A DNA stretch of 64,000 nt from an uncultured Gemmatimonadales bacterium (GCA_963821525.1 CAWGED010000019.1:864001-928000), one strand, 5' to 3'. Counted from the first letter of the stretch, positions 34,872 through 46,104 are shown. Numbers and translations: made by a program. Notes: a model not told the origin generated them from the sequence alone.

Positions 34872-35953
34872 TGGTGCTCCGACTGCTCGATCGCTACGTC
34901 CTGCGTTCGTGGTTCACCATCTTCGTGCTTACCGCGCTGGGGTTTCCCCTCGTGTCGATCATCATCAACATGACCGACAACCTGGAGAAACTCCTGGACC
35001 GCGGGCTCACCCTCAAGCAAATCGTGGTGAGCTACTTCTACGCCGTGCCGGAGAATGTTTTTCTGGTGATGCCGGCGGCGGTCCTGTTCGCCACCGTTTT
35101 TACCGTGGGGAATCTGGGAAGGAACTCGGAGCTGACGGCCGCCAAGGCGGGCGGGCAGAGCTTCCACCGCGTGGCCCTCCCGCTCTACCTGTCGGCGCTC
35201 TTCGCCGCCTGCCTTGCCGTTGTGGTCGGGGAACTCTCGCCCGGCACTACCGCGAAAGAACTGGAACTGCAGAAGTCCAAGCTCTCCAAGCCCAAGACGG
35301 CACGGTACAACTTCGTCTACCGCGCCGATCAAGGTTGGGTGTACACCATCCGTTCGCTCGACGTAGCGAACCGGTCGCTGCGCCAGGTGGTATTTGAGCG
35401 GCAAGGCACCGGTCCCGAATATCCCGGTCTCGCGGTGATCGCCGACAGCGCGACCTTTGAAGATTCCCTCGGCAAGTGGCGGGTCTGGTCGGGCACCACG
35501 AGGATGTTTGCGGGTGAGGGGGTGGAAGACGAGTTCAAGTTCAAGTCCATGCGTCTCCGCGCGCTGCAGCAGCAACCCGCCGACCTGCTGGTAGAGCCCA
35601 AATCTCCAGAGGAGATGCGCTACGCGGAGTTGAGCCGGTACATCGATGCCCTGAAGCGATCGGGCAACGACGCCAGCAAGCTCGAGGTAGACCGGGCGCT
35701 CAAGATCGCGCTCCCGGCAGCGTGCCTGGTGATCGCCTTGTTCGGGGCTCCGCTCGCAGTCACCTCTCCCCGCCAAGGCACCGCCATCGGCATCGCGATC
35801 AGCCTCGGCACCACCCTGATATATCTCTCCACGATTCAGCTCTCGAAGGCGGTCGGAACCAGCGGCATCGTGAACCCACTCGTCGCGGCGTGGTTCCCCA
35901 ATGCTCTCTTCATGGCGGCCGCCATGTGGCTGCTGGTGAAGGTGAGGACGTAG
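34871..35953 (+). CDS. lptG: LPS export ABC transporter permease (LptG/YjgQ)
   Basis: Start ATG 34871 (MVLRLLDRYVLR), NSELTAAKAGG, AAWFPN. Confidence 0.85.
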   Translation: MVLRLLDRYVLRSWFTIFVLTALGFPLVSIIINMTDNLEKLLDRGLTLKQIVVSYFYAVPENVFLVMPAAVLFATVFTVGNLGRNSELTAAKAGGQSFHRVALPLYLSALFAACLAVVVGELSPGTTAKELELQKSKLSKPKTARYNFVYRADQGWVYTIRSLDVANRSLRQVVFERQGTGPEYPGLAVIADSATFEDSLGKWRVWSGTTRMFAGEGVEDEFKFKSMRLRALQQQPADLLVEPKSPEEMRYAELSRYIDALKRSGNDASKLEVDRALKIALPAACLVIALFGAPLAVTSPRQGTAIGIAISLGTTLIYLSTIQLSKAVGTSGIVNPLVAAWFPNALFMAAAMWLLVKVRT

Positions 35954-36041
35954 CCGATTGCAGATTGCAGATTGTCAGATTGCAGATGTTGTGCAGCTTA
36001 CTCTCCAATCTGATCAATCTGACATCTTCAATCTGAAATCT
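35954..36041. repeat. Paired inverted 7-bp tandem arrays (CAGATTG x5, then CAATCTG-like x4-5)
   Basis: ccgattg cagattg cagattg tcagattg cagatgt, spacer, then caatctg atcaatctg acatcttc aatctga aatct. Confidence 0.8.
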
Positions 36042-36065
36042 CCCGAACTTCCCTATATTTCCATC

Positions 36066-37591
36066 ATGTCGCACCATCCACCCGACCGATCATCATCGGC
36101 ACCGGCATCGCTGGGCTCTGGACAGCCTGGCGCCTGGCCGTTGAAGGGCGGGCCTCGGTCCTCCTGACCAAGGGTGCGTTGACCGACAGCGCCAGCGCCT
36201 GGGCTCAAGGTGGCATCGCCGTGGCACTGGGGCCGGGGGACAGCCCGGGCCAGCACGCGGCCGACACGCTCGCGGCAGGTGATGGCCTCTCGGACCCGGA
36301 AGCGGTCCGGGTGCTGACGAACGAAGGGCCCGATCGCATTCGGGAGCTTCTCGCGATGGGAGCCGTGTTCGACCGGGGCCCCGATGGCTCACTCAGAATG
36401 GGCCTCGAGGCGGCTCACACACGACCTCGGATCATCCACGCCGGCGGCGACCGGACTGGTGCCGCCTTGATGGCCTGGCTGACCGAGATCGTCCGGGCCG
36501 ATCCCTTGATCGAAATCCTCGAACACACCGAGGTTGCAGCGCTGCGTCACGACGGTCTATCGGTGACTGGCGTGATAGCCCTGGGCGAATCGGGAGTGCG
36601 GGAAATTCCCGCCCCGGACGTGGTGCTGGCGACCGGCGGTGTCGGCCAGCTCTATGCCGTAACGACCAACCCGCTGGTGGCGACCGGCGACGGCTGGGCC
36701 CTGGCATGGCAGGTAGGCGCCGAGCTGCGAGACCTCGAATTTCTGCAGTTCCATCCGACCGCTCTCAAGCTTCCTGGCGTAAACCCCGCCCCGCTCATCA
36801 CCGAGGCGGTGCGAGGCGCCGGTGGACTCCTCTTGGACCGCGATGGCCATCGCTTCGCCTTCGATGCAGATCCGCGCGGTGAACTGGCGCCCCGGGATGT
36901 TGTGGCCCGCGCCGTCGCGGCGGCCGATGCCACGGGCGGTGCCTGGCTCGACGCGCGGGAGATTCCGGATTTCCCTGAACGGTTCCCCGGGGTCACCAGC
37001 ATCCTGGCCGCTCACGGAATCGATCCGTCGAAGGAGCTGATTCCAGTAGCCCCGGCACTGCACTACGCGATGGGAGGGATCCGCACCGATCTCGACGGTC
37101 GCACGACGCGTGAGAAGCTCTGGGCAGTCGGTGAAGTAGCGTGCACCGGAGTTCATGGTGCCAACCGGCTGGCATCGAACTCCCTGCTTGAGGGCCTGGT
37201 TTTCGCCGACCGGGTGGCCCGTGCTCTTACGGAAGGACCGGAGAGGGAGTGGGGCGGGACTCAGCTGGTCCGGGCGGTACCGAGTACGGCGGTCGCTCCT
37301 GAACTTGGCGCTCCCAACGCGGATCATGACTGTGAACCTCTGCGGGACCAGATGCGCCAGATCATGACCTCCGACGTGGGATTGACCAGGACGGAGGCGC
37401 GGCTCACCCACGCCAAGCGCGCCCTTGGCCGGGTCGCGCGTCAGATTCCGCCTGGAGCATGGCGCAGCGCGAACCAGGTACTGGTTGCGCGGCTCATTGC
37501 TCAGGCGGCAAGGCGGCGGCGTGAAAGCCGAGGCGGCCACCGGCGTCTCGACTATCCTCCTCGGGCACGAGTTGGAGGAAGCACCGCATGA
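36066..37591 (+). CDS. nadB: L-aspartate oxidase; 1-bp frameshift immediately after the start codon
   Basis: Frame upstream of the listed ORF reads VAPSTRPIIIGTGIAGL (Rossmann); SAWAQGGIA, LEAAH, QFHPT, TEAVRG, ELAPRDVVAR, HYAMGG, GVHGANRLASNSLLE, ESRGGH. Confidence 0.92.
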
Positions 37592-38601
37592 CCGTCGTAT
37601 CACCGTCGGGAGCCATGCTTCCCGTCATCGATCCTGAGCCCCAGGCTCCGGTCGATATCCCGGCGCTTCAGAAGGAAATTCGGGAGCTGGCGCAGCGGCG
37701 GAATGCCGTCATCATCGCCCACAACTACCAGCGACCCGAGGTGCAGGACGTCGCGGACTTCGTGGGAGACTCGCTCGGCCTCTCGCGGAAGGCCGCGGCC
37801 GTGGAACAGGATGTCATCGTGTTCTGCGGCGTTCACTTCATGGCGGAGACCGCCGCGATCCTGGCTCCGACCAAGCGAGTGCTGTTGCCCGATCTGCGGG
37901 CTGGCTGCTCCCTGGCGGCGACCATCACCGGAGAGGACGTCCGGCGCTGGCGAGCCAAATTCCCCGGCTACATCGCCGTCGGGTACGTCAATACGACCGC
38001 GGAAGTGAAGGCCGAGCTCGACTACTGCTGCACCAGCGGGAATGTGCTCGATGTGATCGACGCGATCCCGGAGGACAAGGGAATTCTGTTCTGTCCCGAC
38101 TTCTTCCTGGGCGCGCACGTGAAGCGGATGCGGCCCAACCGTCGCATCGAGGTCTGGCTCGGCGAATGCCACGTGCATCGCGAGATCAATCCGCAGACTC
38201 TGGACCGCGTCCGTCACGAGCATCCCGACGCCGAGGTCCTGGTTCATCCGGAATGCGGCTGCGCGGGCCAGCTGATCTATGCGATGGGACTGGGCGACAT
38301 CAAGTCGGAGGGAGTCCATGTCGCCTCGACCGAGCGCATGGTGAATCTCACCCGGGAGCGTCCCGCCAAGGAGTTCATCATCGCCACCGAAACCGGGATC
38401 ATGCACCGCATGCAGCAACTGAACCCGGACAAGCACTTCTACGCAGCCGATCCGGAAGCAGTCTGCGCGTTCATGAAGACCATAACCCTCCCCAACGTGC
38501 GTGACGCGCTGGCGCTCGATCGCTATCACGTCAGCGTGCCACCCGACATCGCCAGGCGCGCCCGGGGTGCTCTGGACCGGATGGTGGCCCTTGGGAAGTG
38601 A
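37588..38601 (+). CDS. nadA: Quinolinate synthase
   Basis: AHNYQ, GDSL, FCGVHFMAE, AGCSLA, YVNT, CHVH, HPEC, CAFMK. Confidence 0.96.
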   Translation: MTVVSPSGAMLPVIDPEPQAPVDIPALQKEIRELAQRRNAVIIAHNYQRPEVQDVADFVGDSLGLSRKAAAVEQDVIVFCGVHFMAETAAILAPTKRVLLPDLRAGCSLAATITGEDVRRWRAKFPGYIAVGYVNTTAEVKAELDYCCTSGNVLDVIDAIPEDKGILFCPDFFLGAHVKRMRPNRRIEVWLGECHVHREINPQTLDRVRHEHPDAEVLVHPECGCAGQLIYAMGLGDIKSEGVHVASTERMVNLTRERPAKEFIIATETGIMHRMQQLNPDKHFYAADPEAVCAFMKTITLPNVRDALALDRYHVSVPPDIARRARGALDRMVALGK

Positions 38602-38625
38602 GCGGTAAGCGGTGAGCGGTGAGCA
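38598..38625. repeat. 7-bp tandem array GTGAGCG x4 spanning the nadA stop and nadC start
   Basis: gtgagcg gtaagcg gtgagcg gtgagca. Confidence 0.75.
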
Positions 38626-39511
38626 GGCCGCACAGCCCAGAGTAGTTACCGCAGACGCGACTCGGCTCGCGCGCGAAGCACTCGCCGAAGACGGTCCCCG
38701 CGACATCACGTCCGAACTGACCGTCCCCTCCCATCTCACCGGTACTGCCGTCATCGAATTCCGCTCGGCGGGAATCGTCGCTGGATTACCCTACGCCGAT
38801 GCAGTCGCGGAAGAATGCGGACTGGGGCGGATTAGGTGGCTCGCACAGGAGGGCGATCGCCTCTTCTCTCAAGCAGTGATCGGCACCATGGATGGCAATC
38901 TCAGGCCAATCCTCCGTGCTGAACGGCCGCTCCTCAATCTCCTCCAACGGGCATCGGGGATCGCGACCTTGACCCGGACGTACGTGGACGCGATAGAAGG
39001 CACTGGGGCCAGGATCCTGCACACTCGGAAAACTGCCCCCGGCCTACGCCTCTTCGATGTGCACGCGGTGCTGGCCGGCGGCGGATCGGGCCACCGTCTT
39101 GATCTCGCTCAGGAAGTGATGGTGAAGGACAATCACTGGCGGGCCCTGGAGGAGACCGGAATCCCGCTGGAAGATGTGATACGGCAAGGTCGTGCGCGCG
39201 GGGTAACGCGCTACCACATCGAAGTGGAAAATACGAAGCAGCTCGAGATGGCTTGTGAGGCGGGGGCCACAAGGCTGCTGATCGACAATCAGGTGCCGGA
39301 GATCGTGCGGGCCTGGACCCGGGTCGCCCGATCGCTCGCCCCGACGATCGAGATCGAAGCCTCGGGCGGAATCGATCTGACCAACGTGCGGGCTTATGCC
39401 GAGGGCGGCGTGGACTACATCTCGATTGGGGCGCTGACCCACAGTCCGAAGGCGGCGGACGTCGGGTTAGAGGTGGTGGGTGGGGAGTGGGGAGTGGGGA
39501 GTGAGAAGTGA
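38612..39511 (+). CDS. nadC: Nicotinate-nucleotide pyrophosphorylase (carboxylating)
   Basis: ALAED..DITS, AER..LNLLQRASGIAT, TRKTAPGLR, HRLDL, KDNH, EASGGI, ISIGALTHS. Confidence 0.95.
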   Translation: MSGEQAAQPRVVTADATRLAREALAEDGPRDITSELTVPSHLTGTAVIEFRSAGIVAGLPYADAVAEECGLGRIRWLAQEGDRLFSQAVIGTMDGNLRPILRAERPLLNLLQRASGIATLTRTYVDAIEGTGARILHTRKTAPGLRLFDVHAVLAGGGSGHRLDLAQEVMVKDNHWRALEETGIPLEDVIRQGRARGVTRYHIEVENTKQLEMACEAGATRLLIDNQVPEIVRAWTRVARSLAPTIEIEASGGIDLTNVRAYAEGGVDYISIGALTHSPKAADVGLEVVGGEWGVGSEK

Positions 39512-39650
39512 GAAGTGGGAAGTGAGACGGAGACGAGTGAGACGTGAGAAGTGAGAAGTGAGAAGTGGGGGCGAAGCGTTCGGCGTCTGTTAGAAAAAGT
39601 CAACAAGAACTTCCCATTACCCACCACCCACTCCCTACTCCCTACCTCCC
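39473..39650. repeat. Paired inverted 7-bp tandem arrays (GTGRGRA ~x14, then ACTCCCT/ACYACCC ~x6) between convergent genes
   Basis: gtgggga x3, gtgagaa x2, gtgggaa, gtgagac .. gtgagaa x3; 39609..39650 acttccc attaccc accaccc actccct actccct acctccc. Confidence 0.85.
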
Positions 39651-41000
39651 CATCTCCTCCACCCGTAATACGCCGGCACCCCCGTCAGAATGATCCCGAT
39701 GTCCAGGGTGAATTGCCCGGTCTGCGATACCAGATAGTTCCCCAGCAGAAACAGCGATCCCCCCAGAAACAGGAGCGGCACCAATGGGTAGCCCCAGGTG
39801 TGATAGGGGCTTTCCAGGTCGGCGCGTTTGCGGAGCACGAACACGGCGGCCACGGCGAGCGCGTAGAACGGCCAGATCCCGATGATGAATTGATCCGCCA
39901 GTTGGGAGAAAGTGCGGATCAGGATGAAGATCACGCCGAGTACGGCGGCGAGCAGAATTGCGCCCGTGGGAGCACCCGTCTTGGGATCCACCTTCGCGAT
40001 CGCCTTCGGGAAGAGACCATCCTCGGCCATGGCGAAGAAGATTCGCGGCGCGGTCATCATCGACCCATTCAAGGTGCCGAAGGTCGAGACGGCAACCGCG
40101 CTCGCGACGAGCACGGTACCTATCGCACCGAAGACGAGGGTCGCGACATCCGCGGCGACCAGCTCCGCCCCCTTCATCTGCTCGATCGGAATCAGGTAGA
40201 GATAGACGAGATTGGCGCTCAGGTAGAGCACAACCACCAGGCCGGTCCCGATAAAGAGCGCTTTGGGAAGATTGCGCTGGGGATCTTGGACTTCACCGCC
40301 CACGAATGCCAGGTCGGCCCACCCGTCATAGGCCCACAGGATGGAGACCATGGCGAGCAGGAATGGCGACGTTGCAACGCTGGCATGCTGGCTCAGCATC
40401 TCGCCGGGACCCATGCCGGAGCCGAATGCGAATCCCAGCAGTATGAGGGCAGCGAGGGCCCCGACCTTGAACAGGGTGCTCAGGTTCTGCAGCACGGCAC
40501 CTTTCCGGATCCCATGATAGTTCACCACCGCGACCAGAATGATGAGCACGGCGCCGAGCAGCTGGTCTGCCCTGATTCCAACTCCGGCTATCGCTATCGC
40601 TCCGGGATCGACGTCCGACAGCTCTGAGGGCATAGCCCGACGAGGTAATACCGATTGCTCCATAGGCTCCGGGCCGGATGATGAGGAGTTCGGCCCAGCC
40701 GAAGAGAAACGCGGGTAGCGGGCCGAATGCTTCACGGAGAAAAACGTAGATGCCTCCGCTCCTCGGGAACTTCGCGGCGAGCTCGGCGTAGGTCAGGGCT
40801 CCACAGATCGCGACGGCTCCGCCGATGACCCAGGCCAGAAGAAAGAGGGGGACGTCGTCAATCTTCTGGGCGACCAGCGCCGGGGTCCGGAAGATTCCGC
40901 TGCCGATCGTCGATCCGATCACCACCGCGACGGCGCTCCAAAGGCCTAACCGGCGCGGCAGTCGCTCTCCCCAGGGGTCCGGCCTGGTTGGCTCAGTCAA
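39635..41000 (-). CDS. APC-superfamily amino acid permease; frameshifted
   Basis: LPRRLGL..GSTIGSGIF..YAELAAKFPRSGGIYVFLREAFG then WAYDGW..GEVQDPQRNLP..PRIFFAMAEDG; TTG start at 41000 with AGAGGA RBS. Confidence 0.88.
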
Positions 41001-41181
41001 TCGATCCTCTTTGGCGACACGGAGATAACGCTTCGGATGCCGTAAGTTCCCACAGTCGCGCCCGCTTGACAAGGCAGCGCAGGAAGCGTTCTTTCCCCAC
41101 CGAAAACACGGGTCTTCTTTCCTTTATAGTGACAAGCGCTCACCCCCACCCCGCCCGATTTCCGCCTCGGAGCCCTTCTCG

Positions 41182-43089
41182 ATGCCTGTAGAGCATTCCC
41201 CCAGTCCGACACTGTATCGCCGGCTGGCCCTCGCGGCCTCCGCCTTGGTGATCGGCCTGATCACGCTGGGGGGTGTGGTGCGGATCACCGGCTCCGGGCT
41301 CGGCTGTGGCGATCATTGGCCACTGTGCGACGGGCAGTGGTTCCCGCCGCTCGATCTGCCGACTCTCATCGAGATCAGCCACCGCTGGGTCGCCGCCCTG
41401 GTGACGGTAGCGGTCTTTGCCCTGTTCGTGGTCGCCTGGCGGAGACATCGGAAGCAGCGCGAACTCTTCGCACCGGCTCTCGCGGCGGCGATCCTGCTGG
41501 TCATTCAGGTACTGCTGGGACCGGTGATCGTGAAGCTCGACTTGCCACCGGCGGTCGTCATCGTGCACCTGCTGAATGCGATGGTGCTGCTCGCGGTGCT
41601 GGTCGTCGCTGCCCTGCGGGCGGGCACGGTTTCGGTTGGCCACGTTGAATCGCTGCCTCGTTCCCGGCCCTCGCTGGTACACCTGACCGCGAGCGTTGGC
41701 TTCGTGACCATAGCGCTCGGAGCGCTTACCGCGAATCTCGATGCCGGATTGTATTGCCTGGGATTCCCGCTCTGCGGCGGCAGTGCCGCTCCGCCCGCCA
41801 CGACGCTCGGGCTGGTGCAGTGGATTCACCGTCTGTCGGCCTTCACTCTCCTGGGCCTGACGGTGACCCTGGCCGTACGAAGCTCGGGATGGGGAGCCGG
41901 TGCTCGCCGAGCGGCGATGACCGTGCTGGCGCTCGCCCTGACCCAGATCGCCGTCGCCGCCTTCATGATTCTGCACCTGCTGCCGACTTCGTGGCGTGCG
42001 CTGCACCTGCTGGTGGGAACGCTGGTCTGGGTGGGCCTGGTGGTGCTGGTGTATCGGACGGGAAGAGAGGCGGTCAGGTCGGACGAGGCGGACAAGGCGG
42101 TCAGGTCGGACCCAGCGAGAGCGACCGCGCCAACCGCCGCTCCAACGTTGATCGCCGATCTCGTCACGCTCACCAAGCCACGGATCATTTCCCTGCTTCT
42201 GGTCACGACTATCGCGCCGATGTTCATCACCGGACACGGCCTGCCGAGCGCATCGCTCGTGTTCTGGGTCTGCGTGGGTGGGTACCTGATGGCAGGCGGC
42301 GCCAACGCGATCAACATGTGGTTCGACCGGGATATCGACGATCGCATGACGCGCACGCGCCTCCGCCCGATCCCGGCGGGGCGGATTTCGCCACTCGCGG
42401 CGCTGCTCTTCGGCGTCACACTCGGTGGCCTCGCCTTCTGGACCTTCTGGGAGATGGTGAATCCCCTGAGCGCCTGGCTGGCGCTCGGCGGGCTCCTGTT
42501 CTATGTGCTCGTCTATACCATGATGCTGAAGCGATGGAGCCCGCAGAACATCGTGATCGGCGGCGCGGCCGGCGCCTTTCCGCCCCTGGTAGGCTGGGCC
42601 GCGGTGGCCGGATCGCTCGACCTGGCGGCACTCTATCTCTTCGCCATCATCTTCTTCTGGACCCCGCCGCATTTCTGGGCTCTCGCCCTGCTCAAACAGG
42701 GTGACTACGCCAAGGCCGGCGTCCCCATGATGCCCAATGTCCACGGTGAGCACTGGACCAAGATCCAGATGCTGGCGTATACCCTCATGCTGTTGCCACT
42801 CACGATCATGCCTTCGGTGTTCGGAGCGCTGGGCCTGTTCTACGCTCTGGCGGCGGCGGTGCTTGGGGGGCGCCTGCTGTGGTACTGCTTCAAGCTTCTG
42901 AGAGAAGCCGGCGTGACACCGACCGCGTGGAAGATGTACAAGTACTCCCTGCTCTATCTGGCCCTTCTTTTCGCGGCCATGGGAATCGATCGCGCGCTGC
43001 CGTTCGGGCATCGGTATGAGCGGTCACCCATTCTCATCCTCGATCAACCCGAGGTCGAGGCCATCGGAGCACCGGACGGAGGTCGGTGA
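41182..43089 (+). CDS. Fused heme A synthase (CtaA/COX15) and heme O synthase (CtaB/CyoE)
   Basis: N half GGVVRITGSGLGCGDHWPLC, EISHR, CLGFPLC, QWIHR; C half LTKPRII, NMWFDRDIDDRMTRT..RP, NIVIGG..PPLVGW, WTPPHFWAL in one ORF. Confidence 0.9.
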   Translation: MPVEHSPSPTLYRRLALAASALVIGLITLGGVVRITGSGLGCGDHWPLCDGQWFPPLDLPTLIEISHRWVAALVTVAVFALFVVAWRRHRKQRELFAPALAAAILLVIQVLLGPVIVKLDLPPAVVIVHLLNAMVLLAVLVVAALRAGTVSVGHVESLPRSRPSLVHLTASVGFVTIALGALTANLDAGLYCLGFPLCGGSAAPPATTLGLVQWIHRLSAFTLLGLTVTLAVRSSGWGAGARRAAMTVLALALTQIAVAAFMILHLLPTSWRALHLLVGTLVWVGLVVLVYRTGREAVRSDEADKAVRSDPARATAPTAAPTLIADLVTLTKPRIISLLLVTTIAPMFITGHGLPSASLVFWVCVGGYLMAGGANAINMWFDRDIDDRMTRTRLRPIPAGRISPLAALLFGVTLGGLAFWTFWEMVNPLSAWLALGGLLFYVLVYTMMLKRWSPQNIVIGGAAGAFPPLVGWAAVAGSLDLAALYLFAIIFFWTPPHFWALALLKQGDYAKAGVPMMPNVHGEHWTKIQMLAYTLMLLPLTIMPSVFGALGLFYALAAAVLGGRLLWYCFKLLREAGVTPTAWKMYKYSLLYLALLFAAMGIDRALPFGHRYERSPILILDQPEVEAIGAPDGGR

Positions 43090-44863
43090 TCGGCCGAAAG
43101 CTCCCCTCTCCCGAGCCGCTATCCCGGCTCTGGCCCAGAGTTCGTCCTCACCTGGGCCCGCTGACCCTCGCAGCGGCGTGTCTGCTGGGCAGTGCCGCCA
43201 TCTCGCTCGCCTTCCCTCTGATCGTCGGCAAGCTCCTCGATGCGGCCTTCGTCACCCGGGGCCGGGAGTTGCTGGACCGCATCGCCATCCTGCTGCTCGG
43301 ACTGTTCGCGATCCAGGCAGTGCTCAACTACGGCCAGGCCTATCTGTTGAGCGCGACGGGAGAACGGGCGGTGGCGGGAGTGCGTCAGGAGCTCTTCGCC
43401 AAGCTGCTTTCGATGCCGCCGGGATTCTTCGCCGACCGACGGACCGGAGAGCTGACGAGCAGGCTCACCACAGACGTGGGTCTTCTGCAGGGAATCCTGA
43501 GCCACCAGATCGCCGAATTCTCGAGGCAGGTTCTGGCTCTGGTCGGTGGCATCGTGATGCTGACGGTGAGCCAGCCCAAGCTTACGCTGACGGCGCTTGC
43601 AGTGGTTCCGATTGCCGTGGGCACCGCGTTTTTCTTTGGCCGCCGGCTACGCTCAATGAGCACCGGTGTTCAGGACAAGATTGCCGAGGCGACGGCCGTC
43701 GCCGAAGAGGCGTTCAGCCAGATCAGGACGGTTCAGAGCTTTGTACAGGAACCCCACGAACGCGGTCGCTTTGGCGACCGGATCCGCGAGGTAGTCCAGG
43801 CCGCGGTTAGCCGCGCTCAGATTCGTGGAGTTTTCTTTGGGGCCATCACCCTTTCCGGTTTCGGCGCGATGGTAGTGGTGCTCTGGCAGGGTGGCCTCCT
43901 CGTCCTGGAAGGGAAGCTGACTGCCGGTTCTCTGTTCTCGTTCCTGCTGTACACCTTCACGATCGCGGGGGCGGTGGGCGCGCTCGCGTCATTCTTCAGC
44001 AGCTACCAGGAGTCAGTAGGCGCGGCAGAGAGAGTTTTCCAGCTGCTCGAGGCGCCGGTTCCCATTTCGGATCCTGAGAGTCCCGAGCCGCTTCCCAAGC
44101 CGGTGCGGGGCAGCCTCGCCTTCGAACAGGTGTCCTTCAGGTATCAGAACTCCCCGACGCACCCTGGGCTCTCTGGAAGATTGATTTGCGACTCGAGCCG
44201 GGCGAGGTCGTGGCGATTGTCGGCCCCTCCGGTGCCGGGAAAACAACACTCGTCTCTCTCCTGCCCCGGTTCTGGGACGTGACCGAGGGGCGGATCCTGA
44301 TCGACGGCACCGACATTCGGCGGCTTACCCTGGCTGATCTCCGGGGGATGATCGGGGTGGTTCCACAGGAGCCGGCGCTCTTCGGAGGAACCGTGCGTGA
44401 GAACATCGCGTATGCGCGCCCAGACGCCCCTGAGAGCGAGATCGAAGCGGCGGCCAAGGCGGCACACGCCGCCGAGTTCATCGAGCGCCTGCCGGCCCGC
44501 TACGACACGATCGTCGGCGAACGAGGGGTCAAGCTCTCCGGCGGCCAGCGGCAACGGATTGCCATCGCCAGGGCGATCCTCAAGGATCCGGCCGTGCTGA
44601 TTCTGGACGAGGCGACCAGCAGCCTGGATACCGAGAGCGAGCGGTTGGTCGAGGACGCCCTGGAGCGTCTCCTGGTGGGACGGACAACGCTGATCATTGC
44701 CCACCGGCTCAGCACTGTCCGCCGGGCCGACCGGCTGGTGGTTCTGGACCACGGCCGGATCGTCGAGGAAGGCACCCACGCGGATCTCCTGGCCGAGGGT
44801 GGCCTGTATGCCCGGCTCTACCAGCAACAGTTCCGGGACGATCCGCCGGTGCCGGTCGGCTGA
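43086..44863 (+). CDS. ABC exporter, fused permease/ATPase (MsbA-like); frameshift near 44160
   Basis: TM domain with [50 protein letters not shown]. Confidence 0.88.
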
Positions 44864-44889
44864 GCGATCAGTTCCCAGCCCGGAAAATC

Positions 44890-44926
44890 AAACGGCCCCC
44901 ACCTCTCGGTGGGGGCCGCTGGTTTT
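44890..44926. terminator. Probable bidirectional terminator
   Basis: CGGCCCCCACC/GGTGGGGGCCG stem between convergent genes with A- and T-rich flanks. Confidence 0.65.
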
Positions 44927-44941
44927 GTGCTGCCGACCAGA

Positions 44942-46070
44942 TCACTGCGTAGTGATCTGGAGCTGGAATACCGGCGGATCGACGTCGTCCGGTGCGGCGT
45001 AGAATGCCGCGAACGTAACCATGGCGATGTAGTACGTGCCGGCCCCTAAACTGACCGTACAGGTTTCCGTGACGCCGTCGTTTCCGTGCGCATCACAACC
45101 GAAACTACCCAGAGTCGTTGCCGCCAGCATCGACCATGTAAACTCCCAGGTCGGTTGTGGCGCCCACTCCCGCGGGATCGTCAAACCAGCTGGCAGCGAA
45201 GTCCATAGTCGTTGCGGCAGCCAGATCGATCCTGTAGAAACGGCACGGAACACCTTCGGAGCCCAGGCAATCTCCACTCCCGTTCATAGCCGCAGCGTCG
45301 TACAGGATCTCGCTACTGCCCGACGCGGGAACCGAAATAGCCGGAGCAGTGGCCAGGGCACCAGTCGCGAGACCGCCGCCCGGTTTGGTGATGATGACCG
45401 AGTCGGTCAGGAGAGCACCCGAGGTTCCACCGGCGAAGTCGAAGAGCACCTGCAGCGTCAGAGAGCCGCTGGTACCGCCGGCCGGAACGAACGAGAGGTT
45501 GCTGGCGGTGAAGTCGGTCACCAGCGGAGCGCCGGGGGCGCCCGTGATGGTGGGGGGGATGGTCACATCAAATGAAAGCCCGGCGGGCGGAGCTACCGAG
45601 ATGGTATCGAACAGCCCGACGTTGTCGAGCGGCGGAGCCGGGGTGTACGCCAGACCGAGCGCGGTTGGCGAGCTGAGCACGCTAATATCACGCGACGAGC
45701 CGCCGCCGCTAACCGTGACCGTCCCACTGGTAAGACCGAGCGCCTTGACGAAGAATCTGGCCCTGGTCGATGAGGTCGGTGGGACGAGGTGGTTCTCCGC
45801 GTCATAGACCGGGATGAAGCTGTCATCCTTCTTGAAGGAGAGCTGCGGATCGGCGGTCGTGCCGGTGAACTCGGTGGCGATCACATTGCCTTGCGCATCG
45901 ATGGCCTGGACCGTGATGGCGACGCTATCACCCTGGGCGACCAGGACATTGGTCGGGGATGCGGTCAAATGATCGATCCCGTTCCGCAGGTCGGCTGTCG
46001 GGTCCCCCGAGCAGGCAAGAACCCCGAGCGCGGCTGTAAAAATGACCCAACGAAGTTTGGGGTGCATCAT
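44942..46070 (-). CDS. Hypothetical lipoprotein (beta-rich, Ig-like); frameshift near 45110
   Basis: MMHPKLRWVIFTAALGVLA|C lipobox; continues into ORF 44942..45277 (ETCTVSLGAGTYYIAM). Confidence 0.65.
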
Positions 46071-46104
46071 GACGGTGTACCTCACTCTTGACGTCAGTTA
46101 GAGA

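Noticed and set aside
39473..39650. Repeat arrays as CRISPR
   Set aside because: 7-bp units with no unique spacers and no cas genes.
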